In this document: positions 27,910 to 35,781 of the stretch, one piece after another
Numbering within the stretch: the stretch's first letter is position 1
Layout of the letters: every line of letters starts with the position of its first letter
Source: a virus
Taxonomy: Duplodnaviria > Caudoviricetes
Strand: one strand, 5' to 3'
DNA length: 39,868 bases
IMG/VR virus record: IMGVR_UViG_3300025608_000041
Location: 1-39,868 of that record
Notes under the pieces: model-generated
Database searches by the model: none
What the model was told of the DNA's origin: nothing
Seen by the model: the letters and a program-made list of their open reading frames with translations, nothing else
Position numbers and translations under genes: made by a program

Positions 27910-28866
27910 TTAAAGTGCAGTACCTGTAGCGGCGTCAGTGTCGATAACACCACGAACAAGACCTTCTGGGCGAAGAACCTTGCGGCCGAATACGTGGAGA
28001 CCACGTACGATGTCAGCGAACGTACCAGTGTCACGTACGACTTCTGTCTTAGCGATGTGCGATGCAGTCGCTGTAGAAGACATGTGACCAGCAAGTACGA
28101 CGTTTTCATCATCGAGCTGTGACGCGATAGTTACAACATCAGTACCAGTGTTGTTTAACGCCGTTGTCTTGTAGCAGTTCATGCCTGCAATGTTACCCTG
28201 CATAACGAGACCGTTACGGAGAGGTGAACTTGCATCACCAGTGACCTGTACTTCTGCGAACTTAGAGCCTGCCTTGAACAGGATTTCATAGAATGCAGGA
28301 GGTGCTACGAAGAAACGATTTTCTTCTGGGATTGAGTTGTCGTCCAGAGCACGAGCCATCGCCAAGATTAAGTTGACAGCAGTGTCGCCGCCAGTTGCAC
28401 CTGAGATGTCGATACCGCCAGCCGCTGTACCATATGCGGCACCAGTAGTACCCGCACCGTCAGCCATTGCTTGGAGGACGTTAGCATCGTACTTACGCTT
28501 CAAGGAGAACGCACCTGAAGATGTAGCCAACGCTTCAAAGTTAACGTGTGACTGACGCTCTTCGATGTCGTCGATCTTGAACGCGAAAGCATTCGCTTGG
28601 TCTACAACCATTGTGATCTGATCGTCTGCTAAGTCCTGTGGAGACACAGTTGCGCCACGAGAGTATGCAGAGACAGTGATTGTAGGCTCTTTGATGATAC
28701 GTACTGTGTCACCGTAGTTTTCGATTTCACCAGCGTAGTCAGTGTTGGTGATGTCTTCTACTACAGAAGCACGACGGAAAAACTTCAGGACTTTCTGTGA
28801 GAAAATCTCTGGAGTAAAGTTACCATTTGGGAGGTTGGTATACCCCCCGGTGCTTGGAAATGCCAT
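27910..28866 (-). CDS. Major capsid protein
   Basis: NFTPEIFSQKVL...TNTDYAGEI..YGDTVRI...FADIVRGLHVFGRKVLRPE; follows the scaffold gene and precedes a terminator; RBS AAGGAAGG. Confidence 0.93.
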   Translation of the reverse strand: MAFPSTGGYTNLPNGNFTPEIFSQKVLKFFRRASVVEDITNTDYAGEIENYGDTVRIIKEPTITVSAYSRGATVSPQDLADDQITMVVDQANAFAFKIDDIEERQSHVNFEALATSSGAFSLKRKYDANVLQAMADGAGTTGAAYGTAAGGIDISGATGGDTAVNLILAMARALDDNSIPEENRFFVAPPAFYEILFKAGSKFAEVQVTGDASSPLRNGLVMQGNIAGMNCYKTTALNNTGTDVVTIASQLDDENVVLAGHMSSTATASHIAKTEVVRDTGTFADIVRGLHVFGRKVLRPEGLVRGVIDTDAATGTAL

Positions 28867-28901
28867 TTTATTTACCCTTCCTTATGAGATAGTTAGGTTA
28901 G

Positions 28902-29801
28902 TTATTGTGAGTAGTCTATTCGGCCTTCTGCACGTGCGGCATCGAGTTCAGCTTCTACTTTCTCGAATTGCCACGGCTTCATTTTGCCGATTTCGGATGC
29001 TGTCCAAATCTTCTGATTACCACTGTTTTCAGACACAACGTCTTTTACCGAAGGTACTTTCACAGAAGCGGCCGGATCATCCTTTGGGGCCCTTTTTTTC
29101 TTTGCAGTGCTAATTCCCATATCTGCTTTGTAGAGATCAACGACTCGAGAAGCCCATTGTGCATCACGATTATTCTTGTAGATTCCATCTGAAATCGTCT
29201 GTGGTTGTTGGTCTAACCACATCAAAAAGTTTTCGTCTGTCTTTAGGCTTGTAAAATCAGGATGTTTCGCAACGAGTTCTTTATAGGCTGACTGCACTTT
29301 AAGCTGTTCTTCTCGCGCCTTTATGGTGTCGAGTTCTTCTTTAAGTGACTGCAACTTATACTCAGCTTGCTGTGTCGAAATAGTTTCAACTACCGCGTAC
29401 ACATCGGGGTACTTCTCTTTAAAATCCTCTAATTGCTCAGGCGTTCGAGGTAATTGAGAAGGTGCGATGCCGCTTTCGCGTCCGACTTGTTGTGTCTTCA
29501 TGATCTCGTCTCGTTCCTGTTTCCATTCTTCGAGCTTTGAATCATAGTGACGTTTCAAATCGTCGTAGCGTTTTTTGTAGCCGTTTTCCGACTCGCCTTC
29601 CTGTTTTTTTGGGGCAACGAAACTTTCTTCATTTTCCTGTTGAGTAGCCTCTACTTGAGTGGAGGGGTCTTCAGGTGTTGCGTCTTCTTCGTCATCCTTG
29701 TACACTTCATCTCGGTAACTTCCGCGATACAGTGACTCGTCGTTGATAGTTCCAAAACTATCGTTGGGTTTATTGGCACGAGGCCCTCTTGCTTTTGCCA
29801 T
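28902..29801 (-). CDS. Capsid scaffolding protein
   Basis: Acidic N-terminus, YKKRYDDLKRHYD coiled coil, HPDF, C-terminal 'ARAEGRI'; directly upstream of the capsid gene. Confidence 0.85.
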   Translation of the reverse strand: MAKARGPRANKPNDSFGTINDESLYRGSYRDEVYKDDEEDATPEDPSTQVEATQQENEESFVAPKKQEGESENGYKKRYDDLKRHYDSKLEEWKQERDEIMKTQQVGRESGIAPSQLPRTPEQLEDFKEKYPDVYAVVETISTQQAEYKLQSLKEELDTIKAREEQLKVQSAYKELVAKHPDFTSLKTDENFLMWLDQQPQTISDGIYKNNRDAQWASRVVDLYKADMGISTAKKKRAPKDDPAASVKVPSVKDVVSENSGNQKIWTASEIGKMKPWQFEKVEAELDAARAEGRIDYSQ

Positions 29802-29816
29802 TTTATTCTCCTATCT

Positions 29817-29885
29817 CACGGGGCCTCATGGCTGAGGGTAGCCGTTAGGTTGATATACGCGGGGCCCATAAAATGGGGTAGCCGC
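29817..29885 (-). promoter_or_regulatory. Tandem conserved RNA hairpins in the scaffold leader
   Basis: CGGCTAC-CCCAT-ttt-ATGGG-CCCCG and CGGCTAC-CCTCA-gcca-TGAGG-CCCCG. Confidence 0.7.
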
Positions 29886-29900
29886 CAGAAAACCGGGAGT

Positions 29901-31556
29901 TTACGTCGTACTTGACGCGATACCACCTCCAGCCATCGTCATCCCTTCCGAAGGGTTAGTTGGCTGTGGAGGAGGTTGTTGAACTTCTTGATCTTGTTGA
30001 GGCTCAGCCTGTTGCTGGCGTTTCTCAACTTCTTTCTTTCCGCGATTGTTAATTTTATTTAAGCGGTCGTAGCCGATAATTTCAGCTAAGAGTTTGGGGA
30101 CAACTACTTCACCTTTTGATACGAGTAAAGAAACAGTCTCCTCCCTTGATATTTTATTGTCGCCTGTTGAAATGTCAATACCCTGTCTTTCAGCTTCTTG
30201 CATTGCGTTCAGAATCATTTTTTTGATGTCATCCGACCCCGCGAATTCAACAGCAGAAGCATTCAGGATAAAGGTACCTTCTTCGACGTCCATAGGTACG
30301 TCATCCGCTACTGTATCTTCAGGAGCTACCTGTTCGGGAGGAGCACCTACAAATCCCACGGGACCATTCAGGGCTTCGCCGCCCTGTTGCATTGGAGTAG
30401 GTAGATTTAACTTTCCACTTGCAACATCCATGATTTTTTTATTGTATGCATACACAGCACTCAAATCGTCTGCGGTTTTTGCTACACTAGGATCAATGAA
30501 GAAAGAATCCGGATTGCCCTTTACTTCTTCGGCCTGTCCCGCAAGATCAACAACGTCAGGGATGTCGACTGTAATGTTCTTAGCCACTCCCCCGTTCATC
30601 ATACGCTGAACTTCACCCCCTTCCGCCATTTCAGATACGGGTGTACCAAAAGTTGGTTGAATGTAAGGGGTTGCAAATTCCGCCGGCTCAATAGGAGGTG
30701 TTTCAGCCTGTCGTAAAAACGTGGAAAGAAAGATATTGTTGCGGCCTAGGGCTTTTGCGATAGCTTGAGTTTTTGGATTATTGCTGTCATCTCTATTCAC
30801 GCCCCATACATTTGTCTTATCTTCAAATTCTTTCACGGACATTACCGCGCCCGTATCTGAAAAGACATTTTTTACGAACATGCTAGGTTCAGCTTTCTCG
30901 TCTACGATGTCTTTAACTAGTGCGGTATCAATAGACATGCCGGGGATAGGAGAAATCACAGATGCCATGAGGTTTCCTATACCGTCCATCATAGCTCGGT
31001 CGTCAATTGTCTGCCCAATAAAATTGGTCTGAGGATCAATTGTGAAGTCCAAGCCTCTAGGAGTGCCCATCCAATCGGCAACGAGGTTAGTAACTGTTCC
31101 AATAAACCCCTTACCCTTTTCGGAGTACCCGGGAATAACGGATAGGTCTTTCCCTAAAAATTCTCCGTATGTCTTGGCTTCTTCAATATCTACCCGCCGA
31201 GCACCCTCTGAGTAGCTTTCAGGTTGTTGGGTAATTCCGTAGTTTGGTCCATAGCCCCCGACACTGTAGCCGTATTTTGTCATGCCGGTACTCAGGCTGT
31301 AATCATCTACAGCGGGAGGGGAGAAGTAGTTGCGGCCGGAATCCCCCGTAGAGAAGTCCGAAATAGCTGAGGTACCATACGCCCCCATGCCTAAGTCACT
31401 GGCAAGTCCGGAGGAACCGTAGTTAGGGTCATACCCACCACCTGTGCCTCCGATTGAGACCCCTAAACCCCCCATATCAGAAGATGAAGTGGCTCCCACA
31501 TCTTCAGAAGCGGCAGTGTTTGATACTGAGTTGTCGGTGTCTTCGTCTGGTCTCAT
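29901..31556 (-). CDS. Putative virion protein with low-complexity N-terminus, MxxGG repeats and tape-measure-like GE(F/V)V modules
   Basis: G/S/Y/D-rich N-terminus; MAEGG, MMNGG, MQQGG and MAGGG; ADDVPMDVEEGTFILNASAV; VSKGEVVVP...IGYDRLNKINNRG. Confidence 0.75.
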   Translation of the reverse strand: MRPDEDTDNSVSNTAASEDVGATSSSDMGGLGVSIGGTGGGYDPNYGSSGLASDLGMGAYGTSAISDFSTGDSGRNYFSPPAVDDYSLSTGMTKYGYSVGGYGPNYGITQQPESYSEGARRVDIEEAKTYGEFLGKDLSVIPGYSEKGKGFIGTVTNLVADWMGTPRGLDFTIDPQTNFIGQTIDDRAMMDGIGNLMASVISPIPGMSIDTALVKDIVDEKAEPSMFVKNVFSDTGAVMSVKEFEDKTNVWGVNRDDSNNPKTQAIAKALGRNNIFLSTFLRQAETPPIEPAEFATPYIQPTFGTPVSEMAEGGEVQRMMNGGVAKNITVDIPDVVDLAGQAEEVKGNPDSFFIDPSVAKTADDLSAVYAYNKKIMDVASGKLNLPTPMQQGGEALNGPVGFVGAPPEQVAPEDTVADDVPMDVEEGTFILNASAVEFAGSDDIKKMILNAMQEAERQGIDISTGDNKISREETVSLLVSKGEVVVPKLLAEIIGYDRLNKINNRGKKEVEKRQQQAEPQQDQEVQQPPPQPTNPSEGMTMAGGGIASSTT

Positions 31557-31558
31557 TA

Positions 31559-31786
31559 TTATCTCTCAGCGTCTAGGACAGCTATGTGGTTATCCTTCAG
31601 GTGTAGGAGGGTTTCCAGTAAATCCAGCTTCCCCTGCAACCGGAACATTTCCCGTTCCGACTGTGCCGCCACCAACCCCCGAATTGTCAACTGGTGGAGG
31701 TCCATTAGGTACAGATTCAGGGCCTCCCATGCCTGCGGGTGGTTGACCAGCGGGCCCACCTTCTGGGCCTGTTCCTTGTTGAGCAT
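31559..31786 (-). CDS. Small conserved post-portal protein (overlaps the portal 3' end)
   Basis: 75 aa; RBS AAGGA; helical W...MFRLQGKLDLLETLL pattern typical of small genes following podovirus portals. Confidence 0.75.
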   Translation of the reverse strand: MLNKEQAQKVGPLVNHPQAWEALNLYLMDLHQLTIRGLVAAQSEREMFRLQGKLDLLETLLHLKDNHIAVLDAER

Positions 31787-33686
31787 TCTGGAGTCCTTGT
31801 AGTACTTTTGCGTAGAGTTGTGCTTCGTCTAAGTCATTGACGAGTTCATCAGGGTCAATGTCCTGTGAAATCGCAAGCTCTTTAACCAAGTTAGGTAGCT
31901 TAATAAACGGCGCAAGCATTGGGTTGGCGACCGTCTGCAACAAGGCGGTGAGTCGTTGAGTTCGTACCTCTTTCTGCATGACGGCAGAAGTCCCGCGAGG
32001 TTTAATGGACAAATCTCCGATAATATCGGGGGACTCGTCGTTGTACTGCATATTCCACTGGAAGTATGCCTCTCCGAGGGGTTTTAAGAGGAAGTCGTCA
32101 ATATTTTTGACCACCGTCTTGATTGATAGACTGCCCGAGCTCAGCATCATTGAAAGACCTGAGGCTGTACGGCCGGTGCCGCTAACTCCTGTCTGTCCGT
32201 GAAGCACCGAAGGGATACCCGTCTCTTCGTCAGCCAATTGACGTGAAATCTGGTACATCTGGATGTTCTCAGGTGCAGTATTAGGGAATTTAAGCCCGTT
32301 AATAGCCGTGCCTGTAACTCCCGATTGACGCCGGAAAACTTTCCCCGGGAAAATATCAAAGTTCTGCCCCGGTACGAGACTTGCCTCATCGACATCAAAC
32401 ACCAGATTGCCTGCCAAGGCTAGGTTGTCAATTGCCATACGAACGTGGCCGTTCATTAGCATCTGTGCGTCTTCCATGTTCTCCGCAACCCCGACACCCC
32501 ATAACTGGTATGGGTTTACTTCATATGGGAAAGCGTGAAATGGAATGCGGGCAGGCGTGAAAGGGTTCAAGACACATCGAAGAACTTCATTACCGCAAAT
32601 CCAAGCGTTAATTTGTACCTGATCGAGTTCGCCTACGGTAGCTGGCAAGTCTAGGCCAACTTCACGAGCGAAGTCAGCATCTAACACACCCCAGTACTCC
32701 AGAACCTCGTACCGATTTTCTTGGTAGTACGGCTCTGTATCATCCTCACGGATAGTATCTTCGTAATACTTATCTTCGTAGTTTGGCCCGCCTACAATTG
32801 TGTTCTCAATAGCAGTGGCGTCAAAATACGGGCGATTCATGAGGTTTCGCAATTGCTGGCGACTCATGCGGTGGCGTTGAATAACGTACTCACAGTCCTC
32901 GATGCTACTTGCTGAAGGATCAGGGTGGAAATCCCAACAAGACACGTGCTCTATCCTAGGTACTACCTTTTCGTCCGGGACGTACACACGCTCCCCATTC
33001 TCGTCCCGCTCCCACTTGTGGATTCGTTTGTAGAAATTAAAGGGGCCCTTTACGATGCCAGTACCGAGTAACGAGGACTCAAAAATTGCATTCCGCATCA
33101 CGTTGACAGCATTAGTATCTAAAAGCTGGTCGTGTATGTACTTTTCGAGGGCTCTAGCGGCTTCTTTAGCCGGTTCAAGTTGAGGTTCACCTAGATTAGA
33201 CGGACCTTCAGATATTTGGTCTGCCATTTCTTGGTACTTACCGAAGTTAAGTGCGGTAGCACCCGGCTCAAGTTCCATACCATCACCCGCATAGCCAAAC
33301 GGACTTTTGATCTCGTCTGCCGGGGTTGATACGTGTGCGAACTCCTCAATACCTTCCGGTACAGGAGAAGACTCGACAACGATAGGAAACTTCTTGTTTG
33401 CAAAAAGAATGTCGATAATCTGGCCGTAAGCGGCAAGGACCTTCGTCTTCGTAATTTTAATGAAGACTTTGGATCGCTCAGAATCTCGGTACTGGGTAGT
33501 CGAGTCGTAAATACCGCGGAAGTTTTTGTAAGCTTGAAGCCACTTCTGCTCAAAAGTTCTACGACCGTTTTCTGAGTCCTCGAACTTCGTCCTTACATAC
33601 CCGGCAAGACCCGGCATTTTATCTTTTGCGTTTTGAACCTCAACTTGCCCATCATCAGGAGCACTGAGGAAACCCTCTTGGGACAT
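31590..33686 (-). CDS. Portal (head-tail connector) protein
   Basis: 698 aa; RSKVFIKITKTKVLAAY, GTGIVKGP, WGVGVAENMEDAQ...DNLAL.GN, RTASGLSM. Confidence 0.92.
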   Translation of the reverse strand: MSQEGFLSAPDDGQVEVQNAKDKMPGLAGYVRTKFEDSENGRRTFEQKWLQAYKNFRGIYDSTTQYRDSERSKVFIKITKTKVLAAYGQIIDILFANKKFPIVVESSPVPEGIEEFAHVSTPADEIKSPFGYAGDGMELEPGATALNFGKYQEMADQISEGPSNLGEPQLEPAKEAARALEKYIHDQLLDTNAVNVMRNAIFESSLLGTGIVKGPFNFYKRIHKWERDENGERVYVPDEKVVPRIEHVSCWDFHPDPSASSIEDCEYVIQRHRMSRQQLRNLMNRPYFDATAIENTIVGGPNYEDKYYEDTIREDDTEPYYQENRYEVLEYWGVLDADFAREVGLDLPATVGELDQVQINAWICGNEVLRCVLNPFTPARIPFHAFPYEVNPYQLWGVGVAENMEDAQMLMNGHVRMAIDNLALAGNLVFDVDEASLVPGQNFDIFPGKVFRRQSGVTGTAINGLKFPNTAPENIQMYQISRQLADEETGIPSVLHGQTGVSGTGRTASGLSMMLSSGSLSIKTVVKNIDDFLLKPLGEAYFQWNMQYNDESPDIIGDLSIKPRGTSAVMQKEVRTQRLTALLQTVANPMLAPFIKLPNLVKELAISQDIDPDELVNDLDEAQLYAKVLQGLQNAQQGTGPEGGPAGQPPAGMGGPESVPNGPPPVDNSGVGGGTVGTGNVPVAGEAGFTGNPPTPEG

Positions 33687-33698
33687 GGTTACTTACCT

Positions 33699-33899
33699 TT
33701 ATACAGGTTGCTTGTCCGCATTAAGAATTGCGGAATCGAGAGGTGCTTTTTTACCTGAGTTAGGGGCACTTTCGATTAGTACGTCTGTTTTTGCTACAGT
33801 GTCGAAATCCATACTCTCACGGTATAGGTTGTTCTCGCCGCAGTTGTAGTCAACTCCTTTTTTATCGGAATTCATGATGTCAGAAGCACCATACTTCAT
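33699..33899 (-). CDS. Small hypothetical protein (66 aa)
   Basis: Start ATG 33899 with RBS GAGGAG, immediately after the upstream stop. Confidence 0.7.
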   Translation of the reverse strand: MKYGASDIMNSDKKGVDYNCGENNLYRESMDFDTVAKTDVLIESAPNSGKKAPLDSAILNADKQPV

Positions 33900-33900
33900 A

Positions 33901-35781
33901 CTATTTCTCCTCATTAGGATATGTAATTTCAATGTCAGGACGGATGCCCTGTAACTCACTCATTTGCTTGTCCAAAGGACGGGCTGGAGCACCTCGTTGG
34001 GCTAGTCCAGCTTTCATCTGTTGTAGTAGTTCTTTTTCTTTTCTTTCAACGAAGGGGTAACTCGGTTTTCCTGCGGCATCTGAAGGCACAATATCAGAAC
34101 CTTTACCTGCCTCTTGAGGGCGCATAAAAGCTAGCGGAGTAGGCTCTAACGCTTCGTAAGCCCCTGTAGCGGCTCCTGCGCCTATTGCGCGTAGGGTACT
34201 ACCACTTTCTTGCATTTCTTTTGCGTACGCGTCTCTTGAAGCCGTTACGACGCCTGTTATACCTAGTCCCGCGAGAGCAAACTTACCAAACCCCTTAAAA
34301 AAGTCAGACATGTCCTGTGCTTTTTTTGTTGTTTCTTCATCGAAGACTTTAGGAGCGGGCTTATCCTCATCTGAGATTTTTTTCTTAATCTCGTCTTTTA
34401 GTCGCTTCTCTTCTGCTTGACCGCGGAGGAACTTCTCCTGCAAGGCTAAGTACTCTGGAGATGTTTTTGTTTCCATCTCCTCGATCTCTGCTTGAAGCTT
34501 TTTGAGAGACTCCTCTTGAGCTACACGTCCTGCGCGTTCGACAGCGGCCTTAGCATTTGCTTTGATCTCTTCCTCAGTTTCAGTGGAAACTTGAACACGA
34601 GGAGCTTCGACTCCTCTTTCCATCGTGTCTTCAGAAAAGGTAAATGGAGTAATTGGTGTAGCTTGGCGGGTGTTGTTTAAAGCGGGAAGTTCAAAACCGT
34701 AAGATGCTATTTTCGCATCAATCGTAGTGTTGTTAGTTTTTGCGGCCGCATCACCTAGGAGATTTTCAACGAGGCTTCCGACTGCAACATTACCTGTTTT
34801 ACCTGCGTAGTTTCTATCTACGATCTCGGTCTCTGTGTGCCCCATAAATGCCTTACGCATATCTACGGGAACTCTGAACTCATCTTTCAACATACGAGGT
34901 AGAATGTGTCGGATGGCAGTAGGAGACGAGACTACTTTTTTTGTCTTGTTGTCTATCGGTAAACGATCCGCGTATCTTTCTTCGAGCACAGGACGTATCG
35001 TCGAGTTGAATGTGCTAGTAAACTTTTCTTTCGATACACTAAACAGCTTTTCTCCGGGTTTTGCCCCGGCAGTTTTACGACTATCGGCTTGTTGTGCGAT
35101 TAAATCAGCGAGAGGGCCCGTTAAAACGACTTGCGGACGATTCTTTTTTGGGTTACCGTACATAGCGACGGTGACTTTTTTAGCACCGTCTTCGGAAGTC
35201 GTAACACTAATATCGGAGAGCTTAATGCCATTTTCCCCTACTAAGTGCTCAATACGAGTACCCGTGTATCGGTGGTACAATAAAGCCGCCCGAGTGTCTC
35301 CATCGGGTATCGTTTTTAATTTGTCGTCGTATATTTCTTCGAGCTCAGCATTCGTAATTAGGCCCCTCATAGGCCGTTCGCCAACTAGACCTGTACGCTG
35401 GGTACCCCCGAGGCCAAGTTTGTCTGCTCTGTTACCCGCACCTGCTAATACGGGGTATAGTGCCCGCTTTTCAGGGGGAAACTCTGCCGCTTCGATAGCT
35501 TGCTGTAAGGGTAACTCTAATGAACTTAAATTGCCGAACCTGTTAGATTCATCAGGTGCAAATTCAGGATTAAATAACTCGAGGGTAGTGGAGTTACGAA
35601 GATCGACGTAGGGCATGTCTACATCGAGGCCCATAGTCTTGAAACCAGACTGGAGAGCACTAATTTTCTTTTTAGCATTTGCGGATACGCCCGGACGAGA
35701 AAGTCCGTAGTCTATGACGTCACGTACAGTGAGAGACTGGTCAGCCGCCTTACTAATAAGTTCTTCGTAACTTAATGCCAT
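33901..35781 (-). CDS. Tyrosine recombinase/integrase-fold protein with long C-terminal extension
   Basis: YTGTRIEHL...IKLSDI (box I Arg), PKKNR (Lys), SPTAIRH (box II Arg; usual His replaced by Thr), FMGH...RNY (His, Tyr). About 290 further aa include a coiled coil and hydrophobic segments. Confidence 0.8.
   Translation of the reverse strand: MALSYEELISKAADQSLTVRDVIDYGLSRPGVSANAKKKISALQSGFKTMGLDVDMPYVDLRNSTTLELFNPEFAPDESNRFGNLSSLELPLQQAIEAAEFPPEKRALYPVLAGAGNRADKLGLGGTQRTGLVGERPMRGLITNAELEEIYDDKLKTIPDGDTRAALLYHRYTGTRIEHLVGENGIKLSDISVTTSEDGAKKVTVAMYGNPKKNRPQVVLTGPLADLIAQQADSRKTAGAKPGEKLFSVSKEKFTSTFNSTIRPVLEERYADRLPIDNKTKKVVSSPTAIRHILPRMLKDEFRVPVDMRKAFMGHTETEIVDRNYAGKTGNVAVGSLVENLLGDAAAKTNNTTIDAKIASYGFELPALNNTRQATPITPFTFSEDTMERGVEAPRVQVSTETEEEIKANAKAAVERAGRVAQEESLKKLQAEIEEMETKTSPEYLALQEKFLRGQAEEKRLKDEIKKKISDEDKPAPKVFDEETTKKAQDMSDFFKGFGKFALAGLGITGVVTASRDAYAKEMQESGSTLRAIGAGAATGAYEALEPTPLAFMRPQEAGKGSDIVPSDAAGKPSYPFVERKEKELLQQMKAGLAQRGAPARPLDKQMSELQGIRPDIEITYPNEEK

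Noticed and set aside
27900-28112. T7-like capsid frameshift extension
   Set aside because: No obvious slippery sequence; the alternative frame ends only 10 nt past the capsid stop and a terminator follows.
34835-35611. Long + strand ORF (258 aa) and other antisense ORFs across 3300-37800
   Set aside because: Shadow frames of well-supported - strand genes, with no recognisable motifs or RBS context.
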